Part shown: one piece after another, positions 22,162 through 32,518 of the stretch | Numbering within the stretch: position 1 is the first letter of the stretch | Layout of the letters: each line of letters opens with the position of its first letter | Assembly (NCBI GenBank): GCA_964057225.1 | Contig: OZ059894.1 | Location: forward strand, 11,098,001-11,162,000 | From: Auanema rhodensis | Taxonomy: Eukaryota > Animalia > Nematoda | Length of the DNA: 64,000 nucleotides | Reading direction: 5' to 3' | Notes under the pieces: generated by a model | What the model was told of the DNA's origin: nothing | What the model saw: only the letters and a program-made list of their open reading frames with translations | The model's database searches: none | Position numbers and translations under genes: made by a program

Positions 22162-23341
22162 ACAGTAAAAAGTCCAATCAAGAGAGAAATTTTTTCAACA
22201 CATAGTTGTTTTTTTTTTAAATATCATTGTTTTTCCTCATAACTCGGTTTAAACTCGTTCTAACCCGTTGAAATACGTCTAGAAAGTCTTTATAACATGC
22301 ATATGTATGATAGAACTTCATATTTATTGTAATAGAAAATTTTATTTTCAGACGTCTTGGTTAACAATGATATGTTTTACCCCCTTATAATTTTTATCAT
22401 AATGTTCCTTATACGGAACGCTCAATGAAACTTGCTTCCAGAAAAATTTCTTTCTATTTTTTCTTCATATGTACGTAGATACTATAGAGAACTATGATAG
22501 AAAACTTTAACATTCACGAAATCATCATTTCTCATTACGCTACGGAGGTTTAAAAAGCTGTGTTTTACCTTATAATAGACCGGAAAACCCTTGTGTTAAA
22601 ACTGGACCGTTTTTACACATATAAAAATGTCCCGTATTCGGGACCCTAATGTAACTTTTGATTCCCTATATTTTTTTTCATGAAATTTACAATCTACTGT
22701 AGAAAGAAGAATTATTTTTATAAAAACTGTAAATTTTTGAAAAATGAAAACAAAACGAAAACAAAAACAACTTTTTTTTGAACATTTTCTCACACAAGGG
22801 TCCCCCCTTACCTACTTTTTTTCTCATTACTCGTTTCAACCTCATCCGATCACTCTGCAAACATGTTTAATCGTTCTAACTTGTTGAAATACGTCTTAAA
22901 AGTCTAAACAACATGCATATGCATAATAGAAACCACCCGAATAGGCCCCCACGCACTAAACGAGATATATACATTACCAGTATAGTAATAGAACACATAT
23001 TGAAGATTAATTCGATAAGAACAATTTATTGACGTAGAGAATGTTTGTTCCGAAAAACTACAATATTAAACTATAAAAGTAACAAAAGCGTAGAGGCAGC
23101 AAAGACATGAATAAACATAAATGTAAATACAGAATTACCAGGTAGTACATAAGTATGACAAAAAATTATAAGAAAGCCATGAAAATAGAAGGTTTGTGAA
23201 CAAATGAGAGGTACATCTTTGATCGTATAGTCATTTCTAAACCGTTCGTATGCTGCAGCATCGTCATAAGCGTCACTCAAGTTGAATTTCCATGTGTACT
23301 ACACGATTTTCATTCTTATTGTTACATTCTTTCCCTGAGGG

Positions 23342-23490
23342 AATGGGCCGTTCCCGCCAGCAGTGCAACAGCGGGTCGACCCGTGAGGTGGAGCTAGCAA
23401 GCCAGCATCTACCTCAAGTCTCAAAAATCGGTTAACCTTATTGTGAACCAATGGAACACATATCGAAGGTTAATTCGATAAGAACGATTA
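23342..23490 (-). pseudogene. U2: U2 3' part (nt 38-186), interrupted by non-LTR copies 2 and 3
   Basis: Junction gaacgatta|atggtttattg. Confidence 0.93.
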
Positions 23491-26400
23491 ATGGTTTATT
23501 GAATAACTAATGTTATGATACAATAAATAACCAATAAAAAAGAGCCCAGAATCGGGGAGACGGTATTACCAGTACAACTTAAAACAGCAAGTAATTAAAA
23601 AGTACATAATAAGACACATTGCCAACAGAGGCTAAAACGACTCAAGAGTCGGGGGAGTGGGTTAAAAAAAAATGAACAAAAAAAATGAATATTAAAGCAG
23701 AACAATGAGAAATCAAGTGCCGCTATGATCAAACAATTTGAGTGCCTACGGCAATGATGTTAAAAATAAACAACAAAATACATGTACCAATGAAGGTCAG
23801 AAAGAAAGAAACAAAAGACAAAATAAGTAATACAAAAAGTAAATACATTACAATCAAATCACAAACAAGTCAATTGATAATTTCTTCTTCATATTGCCTT
23901 ACACCAGAAACATGTTCCACGTAGATATTCCTGGCCCACTTGATGGTATCGGCGACGACGAGCTTCTCCATTAGCCGGTTGTAGTGGCTGCTGATCTTGA
24001 GTGATCGGAGGGCTTGTCCGTTGAGCGGGTCCATAGTTCCAAGCATTCCTACGACATACGCTTCTACACTAGTCTTATAACCAAGACATTGGTATTGGCT
24101 GGCTATGTCAGCATATTTCCTCTCCTTTATCATACGCGCGGCTATCATGGCTTGACGGCGGTTTTCATAGCTCACTGTAACATCAACGATACTACAGTGT
24201 TTTGCGTCATGATCGACCACTACTATGTCAGGTCGGAGTGTACTATTAATGCCAGGAAGAGGCTGGTTAGTGTAAACTTCTCCGTTTTTAGGCTCTGGCA
24301 GGGCTTTGATAAGACGGTCCACGATGTTGTTGTGGCGGAGTTGGATTGCTCTCGTGTGAGAGTGGCAGTGTCCAAGAACATGTGCAGCAGTTTCGTTGGA
24401 GTAACTACACCTGCGGCACTGTTTGTTTCCTTCTCCGTGTCTTCTACAGCCATTGAGCTGGAGAGTATTGAGTCGAGCCTTGTGGATGAATCGCCAATCA
24501 GCAAACCGTATGAAATCTCCCTTCGCCATAAAGTGATTGGACGCTTTGTTGAGCATTGTGACATCAAAGACTTTCCCTTGATCCGGTTTTTGAAGAAGGA
24601 TCCGAAGGTCTTTCAGCCATAATGCACGTCGCAGGCTTCTGTGGCATAGTGAAGGTGTTAACAGTTGGTTGTTTAGATTGAGTTCTAAACCACTTTCGAG
24701 GCATGTCCAGTTAGCGTTGATGAGTTTCTTGAGTTGACGCATCGCTACTCTTACTCTAGTCCAGATGGAGGAAACATCAGATGTTTCGGTGTCGAAAATG
24801 CCATCAACGGAACCGTTGTAATATGCAGCTGTCTCATCGTTACTGGCTTGACGTTTAATCCTTTTTGATGCTACTTTTTTTGAGTCTTGATGCGCAATAT
24901 CAGCTACTACAAGATCAGATGACTTCAAAAGTTGGTAGGCATGAGTGACTTCACAGACGTCTGACAGGTGTTGGAGTCGAGAGAGACCAAGTCCGCCGTA
25001 GTTAGTTGGCAGGTAGATTGGTTCAGCACTGGCGTTTGGAGGATAGTGCATCCATCTACGGGCACAGCGTTTGAGTTCTTTGTCAAAGGCGACTAGTTTA
25101 CTCTTTGGGACGTGGCCATTCGTCATATGAAAATTAAGGCAGGGCATCAGGAAGGTGCGTACTGCGTCAGCTTTCTGCCATTCAGCAAGTAAGGATTTGT
25201 CAATTTTTTCCAAGTGTTGACTCATAATATTCACTGTTGGAACCGCAGACTTATGTAAATGCATTCCAGTAGGGATTCCCAGGTGGGAGTAGCTGTCAAA
25301 TTTGCTAAGAGCGGGTAGAGAGGAGCTCTGTAGCATGTATGAGGCTGTTGATATTTTCCCTTTGTCGATCGTCAAGGTGGCGCATTTCGCTGGTTTGAAG
25401 GTCAAGCCTGTGAAATTAGCCGCATTTGATGCTGCGTCCAACATTTTCTGTAGATCTTCTGATGATGAGGAGACCAGGGCAAGGTCATCGGCGTACGCTA
25501 GCACAGCGATGTTGTGGTTGTGTAGCTTATAGCCTGTAGAGGTTTCCAAGATGGTTTTAATTAGAGGTTCAATGGCAAGGTTGAACAGGATCGGAGATAG
25601 TGGGGATCCTTGTAACACACCTGCGTGAACTGGAATGGTCGAAGTGAGTCCGGAGCCTGTCTGGATTCTTGTAGAGGCATCTGTGTATAGAGCTCGTACT
25701 CGGGATATTGAGGCTTCAGCCATTCCTGACCATCTTAGAACGTCTAGCAGAGTTTCGTGTGGCAGCGATCCAAAAGCGTTTGCGAGATCAAGCCAAGCAA
25801 TTGCAATTTTCTCACGTTTACGTTTAGCGTCCGCAATGGTACTTTGCAACATAAAGTTGTGTTCCATGCATCCAGCTTTGGCCACAAAGCCCTTTTGGGA
25901 GGGAGAAAGTCTTTTTTCTGCTCTTGCCCATGTTAGCAGTCGATGCGTAAGACAAGCTGAGTACGTCTTACCAATTGTGCACGAAAGTGCTATTGGTCGC
26001 CAGTTGTTAATGTCAGCTTTATCACCTTTCTTATGGATGAGGACGGTGGTCGACTCTTTCCAGGAAAAAGGGATGTGTCCTAGCTTGTGTACGGTGTTAA
26101 ATATCGCTGCTAATATGTGACCTCCTTGGTCAAATTTCTTCCAGTGCGAGTATCGAAGTCCATCAGCTCCTGGAGCCGTATCGCTGCAACGTCGTATGCG
26201 TTCCCAGACTTCCAAAGGGGTGAAAACACCTTCTAGTGGGTCGGTACTAGCTGGCAAATCCGGTCTGGTGACTGTGATGGGGAGGGCTGGGCCTTGACTG
26301 CTGTGAACAGAAAGGAAGTGTTTTTCAACCTCTGCAGATGGTATGGTGCAGGTTTCACTTTGTTCTCCGAGCAGTTGTCGAAAGGCTTTCTTCTTGTTGG

Positions 26401-27200
26401 CCCTCCAAAGCTTCTGGAGCTTCATCGCCTGGGTTTTTTGGTCTTCCTCAGGTTGTGTGTGTGGTCGGCGCCTTTGTCGGAAGTTGGGAACTTTGATCAT
26501 AATGTCAAGAGACTTTCTGATTGTGTCTACCAACTCTTCCAGGACCTGCTCGAGCTCACTTTTGCACACTACCTTTTTAATTCTATCCACCCAAATATTT
26601 TCAGAGTTTCTATTCGGATCAGGGTCGGCAAAAGATGGTTCTGTACTCGGAACCCTGATCTCGTTGAATATTTCACTCTCTCGCGGAAGGGGGGAAACTT
26701 CGGCCTCTGGGGACAAGTCCAGAATTGGGGCCTCAAACAAGCGTACCGTTGATGGAGATCCTTGTTCCTGTCCACTGGATGATGTTTCCTCCATTGTACG
26801 CTCCTCCACGGGCGGGGTGGTCGTCCTTGTGCCTGGTGGGCGGGTGTTCCTGATCCTCCGCAATATAGGGCGGGAACTGGGCTCTCTCGGAGATAGAGGT
26901 GAGATCACCACAGTTTCCTCTATGATGCGGAGACATCCTTCAGCTTTTTTCTGATGGCTTTTAACGGCCTTCAGATTGCTGGTGAGGCCACAGGCACGGC
27001 ACTCAAATTCTACTCTGACCTCATGTTCTCTCCGAAGATGGCGGACGAGACCATTGTGGTCTGAGTAGGATCGCGGAATAGGAGCGCAGATTGAACACGA
27101 AAAAGGGCTCTGAAGAGGCACCTTTAGCTTGTAAAGCCCTTGCTCCATCTCTAGCAGATCTAAAGACTTACGTAGTACAGTTGCAATATCGATTTAGCCA
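23491..27200 (-). mobile_element. U2-specific non-LTR retrotransposon, copy 2
   Basis: Near-identical to copy 1, same target. Confidence 0.92.
23870..27148 (-). CDS. Non-LTR RT/RLE protein, 1092 aa
   Basis: Intact ORF, same motifs as copy 1. Confidence 0.96.
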   Translation of the reverse strand: MEQGLYKLKVPLQSPFSCSICAPIPRSYSDHNGLVRHLRREHEVRVEFECRACGLTSNLKAVKSHQKKAEGCLRIIEETVVISPLSPREPSSRPILRRIRNTRPPGTRTTTPPVEERTMEETSSSGQEQGSPSTVRLFEAPILDLSPEAEVSPLPRESEIFNEIRVPSTEPSFADPDPNRNSENIWVDRIKKVVCKSELEQVLEELVDTIRKSLDIMIKVPNFRQRRRPHTQPEEDQKTQAMKLQKLWRANKKKAFRQLLGEQSETCTIPSAEVEKHFLSVHSSQGPALPITVTRPDLPASTDPLEGVFTPLEVWERIRRCSDTAPGADGLRYSHWKKFDQGGHILAAIFNTVHKLGHIPFSWKESTTVLIHKKGDKADINNWRPIALSCTIGKTYSACLTHRLLTWARAEKRLSPSQKGFVAKAGCMEHNFMLQSTIADAKRKREKIAIAWLDLANAFGSLPHETLLDVLRWSGMAEASISRVRALYTDASTRIQTGSGLTSTIPVHAGVLQGSPLSPILFNLAIEPLIKTILETSTGYKLHNHNIAVLAYADDLALVSSSSEDLQKMLDAASNAANFTGLTFKPAKCATLTIDKGKISTASYMLQSSSLPALSKFDSYSHLGIPTGMHLHKSAVPTVNIMSQHLEKIDKSLLAEWQKADAVRTFLMPCLNFHMTNGHVPKSKLVAFDKELKRCARRWMHYPPNASAEPIYLPTNYGGLGLSRLQHLSDVCEVTHAYQLLKSSDLVVADIAHQDSKKVASKRIKRQASNDETAAYYNGSVDGIFDTETSDVSSIWTRVRVAMRQLKKLINANWTCLESGLELNLNNQLLTPSLCHRSLRRALWLKDLRILLQKPDQGKVFDVTMLNKASNHFMAKGDFIRFADWRFIHKARLNTLQLNGCRRHGEGNKQCRRCSYSNETAAHVLGHCHSHTRAIQLRHNNIVDRLIKALPEPKNGEVYTNQPLPGINSTLRPDIVVVDHDAKHCSIVDVTVSYENRRQAMIAARMIKERKYADIASQYQCLGYKTSVEAYVVGMLGTMDPLNGQALRSLKISSHYNRLMEKLVVADTIKWARNIYVEHVSGVRQYEEEIIN

Positions 27201-27259
27201 TTAACCTTATTGTGAACCAATGGAACACATATCGAAGGTTAATTCGATAAGAACGATTA
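27201..27259 (-). pseudogene. U2: U2 nt 38-96 fragment between tandem non-LTR copies 2 and 3
   Basis: Exact 59-bp U2 match. Confidence 0.93.
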
Positions 27260-30200
27260 ATGGTTTATTGAATAACTAATGTTATGAAACAATAAATAAC
27301 CAATAAAAAAGAGCCCAGAATCGGGGAGACGGTATTACCAGTACAACTTAAAACAGCAAGTGATTAAAAAGTACAAAATAAAACACATTACCAACAGAGG
27401 CTAAAACGACTCAAGAGTCGGGGGAGTGGGTTAAAAAAAGTAATGAATAACAAAAAAAATGAATAATAAAGCAGAACAGTGAAAAGTAAATATCAAGTGC
27501 CGCTATGATCAAACAATTTGAGTGCCTACGGCAATGGTGTTAAAAATAAACAACAAAATACATGTACCAATGAAGGTCAGAAAGAGAGAAAGAAAAAAGA
27601 CAAAAATAAGTAATACAAAAAGTAAAAAATATATTACAATCAAATCACAAACAAGTCAATGGATAATTTCTTCTTCATACTGCCTTACACCAGAAACATG
27701 TTCCACGTAGATATTCCTGGCCCACTTGATGGTATCGGCGACGACGAGCTTCTCCATTAGCCGGTTGTAGTGGCTGCTGATCTTGAGTGATCGGAGGGCT
27801 TGTACGTTGAGCGGGTCCATAGTTCCAAGCATTCCTACGACATACGCTTCTACACTAGTCTTATAACCAAGACATTGGTATTGGCTGGCTATGTCAGCAT
27901 ATTTCCTCTCCTTTATCATACGCGCGGCTATCATGGCTTGTCGGCGGTTTTCATAGCTCACTGTAACATCAACGATACTACAGTGTTTTGCGTCATGATC
28001 GACCACTACTATGTCAGGTCGGAGTGTACTATTAATGCCAGGAAGAGGCTGGTTAGTGTAAACTTCTCCGTTTTTAGGCTCTGGCAGGGCTTTGATAAGA
28101 CGGTCCACGATGTTGTTGTGGCGGAGTTGGATTGCTCTCGTGTGAAAGTGGCAGTGTCCAAGAACATGTGCAGCAGTTTCGTTGGGGTAACTACACCTGC
28201 GGCACTGTTTGTTTCCTTCTCCGTGTCTTCTACAGCCATTGAGCTGGAGAGTATTAAGTCGAGCCTTGTGGATGAATCGCCAATCAGCAAACCGTATGAA
28301 ATCTCCCTTCGCCATAAAGTGATTGGACGCTTTGTTGAGCATTGTGACATCAAAGACTTTCCCTTGATCCGGTTTTTGAAGAAGGATCCGAAGGTCTTTC
28401 AGCCATAATGCACGTCGCAGGCTTCTGTGGCATAGTGAAGGTGTTAACAGTTGGTTGTTTAGATTGAGTTCTAAACCACTTTCGAGGCATGTCCAGTTAG
28501 CGTTGATGAGTTTCTTGAGTTGACGCATCGCTACTCTTACTCTAGTCCAGATGGAGGAAACATCAGATGTTTCGGTGTCGAAAATGCCATCAACGGAACC
28601 GTTGTAATATGCAGCTGTCTCATCGTTACTGGCTTGACGTTTAATCCTTTTTGATGCTACTTTTATTGAGTCTTGATGCGCAATATCAGCTACTACAAGA
28701 TCAGATGACTTCAAAAGTTGGTAGGCATGAGTGACTTCACAGACGTCTGACAGGTGTTGGAGTCGAGAGAGACCAAGTCCGCCGTAGTTGGTTGGCAGGT
28801 AGATTGGTTCAGCACTGGCGTTTGGAGGATAGTGCATCCATCTACGGGCACAGCGTTTGAGTTCTTTGTCAAAGGCGACTAGTTTACTCTTTGGGACGTG
28901 GCCATTCGTCATATGAAAATTAAGGCAGGGCATCAGGAAGGTGCGTACTGCGTCAGCTTTCTGCCATTCAGCCAGTAAGGATTTGTCAATTTTTTCCAAG
29001 TGTTGACTCATGATATTCACTGTTGGAACCGCAGACTTATGTAAATGCATTCCAGTAGGGATTCCCAGGTGGGAGTAGCTGTCAAATTTGCTGAGAGCGG
29101 GTAGAAAGCAGCTCTGAAGCATGTATGAGGCTGTTGATATTTTCCCTTTGTCGATCGTCAAAGTGGCGCATTTCGCTGGTTTGAAGGTCAAGCCTGTGAA
29201 ATTAGCCGCATTTGATGCTGCGTCCAACATTTTCTGTAGATCTTCTGATGATGAGGAGACCAGGGCAAGGTCATCGGCGTACGCTAGCACAGCGATGTTG
29301 TGATTGTGTAGCTTATAGCCTGTAGAGGTTTCCAAGATGGTTTTAATTAGAGGTTCAATGGCAAGGTTGAACAGGATCGGAGATAGTGGGGATCCTTGTA
29401 ACACACCTGCGTGAACTGGAATGGTCGAAGTGAGTCCGGAGCCTGTCTGGATTCTTGTAGAGGCATCTGTGTATAGAGCTCGTACTCGGGATATTGAGGC
29501 TTCAGCCATTCCTGACCATCTTAGAACGTCTAGCAGAGTTTCGTGTGGCAGCGATCCAAAAGCGTTTGCGAGATCAAGCCAAGCAATTGCAATTTTCTCA
29601 CGTTTACGTTTAGCGTCTGCAATGGTACTTTGCAACAAAAAGTTGTGTTCCATGCATCCAGCTTTGGCCACAAAGCCCTTTTGGGAGGGAGAAAGTCTTT
29701 TTTCTGCTCTTGCCCATGTTAGCAGTCGATGCGTAAGACAAGCTGAGTACGTCTTACCAATTGTGCACGAAAGTGCTATTGGTCGCCAGTTGTTAATGTC
29801 AGCTTTATCACCTTTCTTATGGATGAGGACGGTGGTCGACTCTTTCCAGGAAAAAGGGATGTGTCCTAGCTTGTGTACGGTGTTAAATATCGCTGCTAAT
29901 ATGTGACCTCCTTGGTCAAATTTCTTCCAGTGCGAGTATCGAAGTCCATCAGCTCCTGGAGCCGTATCGCTGCAACGTCGTATGCGTTCCCAGACTTCCA
30001 AAGGGGTGAAAACACCTTCTAATGGGTCGGTACTAGTTGGCAAATCCGGTCTGGTGACTGTGATGGGGAGGGCTGGGCCTTGACTGCTGTGAACAGAAAG
30101 GAAGTGTTTTTCAACATCTGCAGATGGTATGGTGCAGGTTTCACTTTGTTCTCCGAGCAGTTGTCGAAAGGCTTTCTTCTTGTTGGCCCTCCAAAGCTTC

Positions 30201-30986
30201 TGGATCTTCATCGCCTGGGTTTTTTGGTCTTCCTCAGGTTGTGTGTGTGGTCGGCGCCTTTGTCGGAAGTTGGGAACTTTGATCATAATGTCAAGAGACT
30301 TTCTGATTGTGTCTACCAACTCTTCCAGGACCTGCTCGAGCTCACTTTTGCACACTACCTTTTTAATTCTATCCACCCAAATATTTTCAGAGTTTCTATT
30401 CGGATCAGGGTCGGCAAAAGATGGTTCTGTACTCGGAACCCTGATCTCGTTGAATATTTCACTCTCTCGCGGAAGGGGGGAAACTTCGGCCTCTGGGGAC
30501 AAGTCCAGAATTGGGGCCTCAAACAAGCGTACCGTTGATGGAGATCCTTGTTCCTGTCCACTGGATGATGTTTCCTCCATTGTACGCTCCTCCACGGGCG
30601 GGGTGGTCGTCCTTGTGCCTGGTGGGCGGGTGTTCCTGATCCTCCGCAATATAGGGCGGGAACTGGGCTCTCTCGGAGATAGAGGTGAGATCACCACAGT
30701 TTCCTCTATGATGCGGAGACATCCTTCAGCTTTTTTCTGATGGCTTTTAACGGCCTTCAGATTGCTGGTGAGGCCACAGGCACGGCACTCAAATTCTACT
30801 CTGACCTCATGTTCTCTCCGAAGATGGCGGACGAGACCATTGTGGTCTGAGTAGGATCGCGGAATAGGAGCGCAGATTGAACACGAAAAAGGGCTCTGAA
30901 GAGGCACCTTTAGCTTGTAAAGCCCTTGCTCCATCTCTAGCAGATCTAAAGACTTACGTAGTACAGTTGCAATATCGATTTAGCCA
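27260..30986 (-). mobile_element. U2-specific non-LTR retrotransposon, copy 3 (tandem with copy 2)
   Basis: Near-identical; separated from copy 2 by U2 nt 38-96. Confidence 0.92.
27656..30934 (-). CDS. Non-LTR RT/RLE protein, 1092 aa
   Basis: Intact ORF. Confidence 0.96.
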   Translation of the reverse strand: MEQGLYKLKVPLQSPFSCSICAPIPRSYSDHNGLVRHLRREHEVRVEFECRACGLTSNLKAVKSHQKKAEGCLRIIEETVVISPLSPREPSSRPILRRIRNTRPPGTRTTTPPVEERTMEETSSSGQEQGSPSTVRLFEAPILDLSPEAEVSPLPRESEIFNEIRVPSTEPSFADPDPNRNSENIWVDRIKKVVCKSELEQVLEELVDTIRKSLDIMIKVPNFRQRRRPHTQPEEDQKTQAMKIQKLWRANKKKAFRQLLGEQSETCTIPSADVEKHFLSVHSSQGPALPITVTRPDLPTSTDPLEGVFTPLEVWERIRRCSDTAPGADGLRYSHWKKFDQGGHILAAIFNTVHKLGHIPFSWKESTTVLIHKKGDKADINNWRPIALSCTIGKTYSACLTHRLLTWARAEKRLSPSQKGFVAKAGCMEHNFLLQSTIADAKRKREKIAIAWLDLANAFGSLPHETLLDVLRWSGMAEASISRVRALYTDASTRIQTGSGLTSTIPVHAGVLQGSPLSPILFNLAIEPLIKTILETSTGYKLHNHNIAVLAYADDLALVSSSSEDLQKMLDAASNAANFTGLTFKPAKCATLTIDKGKISTASYMLQSCFLPALSKFDSYSHLGIPTGMHLHKSAVPTVNIMSQHLEKIDKSLLAEWQKADAVRTFLMPCLNFHMTNGHVPKSKLVAFDKELKRCARRWMHYPPNASAEPIYLPTNYGGLGLSRLQHLSDVCEVTHAYQLLKSSDLVVADIAHQDSIKVASKRIKRQASNDETAAYYNGSVDGIFDTETSDVSSIWTRVRVAMRQLKKLINANWTCLESGLELNLNNQLLTPSLCHRSLRRALWLKDLRILLQKPDQGKVFDVTMLNKASNHFMAKGDFIRFADWRFIHKARLNTLQLNGCRRHGEGNKQCRRCSYPNETAAHVLGHCHFHTRAIQLRHNNIVDRLIKALPEPKNGEVYTNQPLPGINSTLRPDIVVVDHDAKHCSIVDVTVSYENRRQAMIAARMIKERKYADIASQYQCLGYKTSVEAYVVGMLGTMDPLNVQALRSLKISSHYNRLMEKLVVADTIKWARNIYVEHVSGVRQYEEEIIH

Positions 30987-31082
30987 TTAACCTTATTGTG
31001 AACCAATGGAACACATATCGAAGGTTAATTCGATAAGAACGATTACTACACTTTGATCTTAGCCAAAAGGCCGAGAAGCGAT
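30987..31082 (-). pseudogene. U2: U2 nt 1-96 leader with intact upstream region, fused to non-LTR copy 3
   Basis: Exact U2 match continuing into the normal upstream spacer. Confidence 0.93.
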
Positions 31083-31524
31083 ACAGCATAGCCATGAGTA
31101 TCAAAGACATCAAGCAAATGTATCGTACTTGTTACGAGTGCACTCTCTCATTTGAATATAAAAGTGTGGTTTGACAATCTTGACTGTACAGGTCATAAAT
31201 GGCTCATATAAACTGTGGATTTACTCAACTTTTGGACTTATTTTTTTCTTATTCGAAGCGCTGCACTTTTTTCTATTCTTTTTATTCAAATACTTGTATA
31301 TAGTTTTATATGTACGGTTGCAAAGTTTCCGAATATTTTATATATTTTTATACAATAATTAGGAGAAGGTTAATACAATGAAATCTCCCAACTTTACAGT
31401 GTTTGTATTGCTTACAGTATCTAGAACAACCACTCTTGTAATATTAGAGCACATATCAATCAACAACTTTTTCTAGTTATCAAAGCTTTTTTATTTCTTC
31501 AAGATATTTCAAATAAAATATAAA

Positions 31525-31643
31525 AGCTTACGACACCCGGGATTCCCAAGCCGTCTCCGATCCAAGTACTAACCGGGCCCAACGTTGCTTGACTTGCCAG
31601 ATCGGACGGGATGGCGTACTTTCAACGTGGTATGGTCGTAAGC
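31525..31643 (-). rRNA. 5S: 5S rRNA
   Basis: Same sequence. Confidence 0.97.
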
Positions 31644-31884
31644 AATGTTATATTCTTCATTATCAGTTATATCACTCTAAATCTTGTTGTTAATAGTTAG
31701 GACCACAAAGAAAACAACAGGAACAGTAACAAATGAAATGCCCAAACTTTACAGTGTTCGAGTTATTTACAGTATCTAAGACTACCTCTGTCGTGTTATT
31801 AGAGCAAACATTCGATTAACAACAACTTTTTTTTAGTTATCAAAGCTTTTTTATTTCTTCAAAAAATTTCAAATAAAATATAAA

Positions 31885-31940
31885 AGCTTACGACACCCGG
31901 GATTCCCAAGCCGTCTCCGATCCAAGTACTAACCGGGCCC
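31885..31940 (-). pseudogene. 5S: 5S rRNA 3' part (nt 64-119), split by BEL element 1
   Basis: Ends at ccgggccc|tgtcacgg. Confidence 0.95.
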
Positions 31941-32270
31941 TGTCACGGTCAACGTGAAAATACGAACTTTATTGTGTTAACGTTTTGTTTGTATTTTTTG
32001 TATTAACTCCACCCCCTTTAACCATCTGGTGCCTCCCTATAAAAGGGAGAACCAAATGGTTAAAATTTTTATGTCTCACCAATTTTGTATTGATTTTAGA
32101 ATTTTCTTGGAAATTCTAAAATCAATCCACTTGTTAACTTTACTGTTGTTGCATTTGTTGAATAAACCTTTCTTCATTTAACTTGTCTTAACGCATAATA
32201 CCGCACTCATACGAACCGACTCCATACTTGGACTGATACTTGGAGGTAAAAGTTCAGTTGTCAAGCGACA
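31941..32270 (+). repeat. 5' LTR
   Basis: tgtcacgg...gcgaca; TATAAAA at 32038, AATAAA at 32161. Confidence 0.97.
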
Positions 32271-32272
32271 TT

Positions 32273-32290
32273 TGGCGACCACGGCAGGAT
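32273..32290 (+). other. Primer-binding site, tRNA-Arg(ACG)-like
   Basis: TGGCGACCACGGCAGGAT is complementary to ...ATCCTGCCGTGGTCG-CCA, which I recall as the nematode tRNA-Arg 3' end. Confidence 0.85.
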
Positions 32291-32325
32291 ATTTCAGTTG
32301 CTTACTGATAAGGAAAGTTTAAAAC

Positions 32326-32418
32326 AAAGGTTATATAGAACCGCCGGAGAAATAAATTCCGAAGAACATTGTGTTAAAGGTTATATAGAACCGCCGGAGA
32401 AATAAAATTCCGAAGAAC
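32326..32418 (+). repeat. Two-copy ~42-bp direct repeat in the BEL leader
   Basis: aaaggttatatagaaccgccggagaaataaa(a)ttccgaagaac twice. Confidence 0.9.
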
Positions 32419-32518
32419 TCGTAGAAAATCCGAGTTGACAAGAAATCACTTGTCAAGAAACAATAAGACGATAAAAATATCGCTGAATCTGAAATATCCA
32501 TTGAGGAAGGCTAAAATA

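Noticed and set aside
23491-30986. Tandem copies as an assembly duplication
   Set aside because: Copies 2 and 3 differ at many sites and in 3' UTR type.
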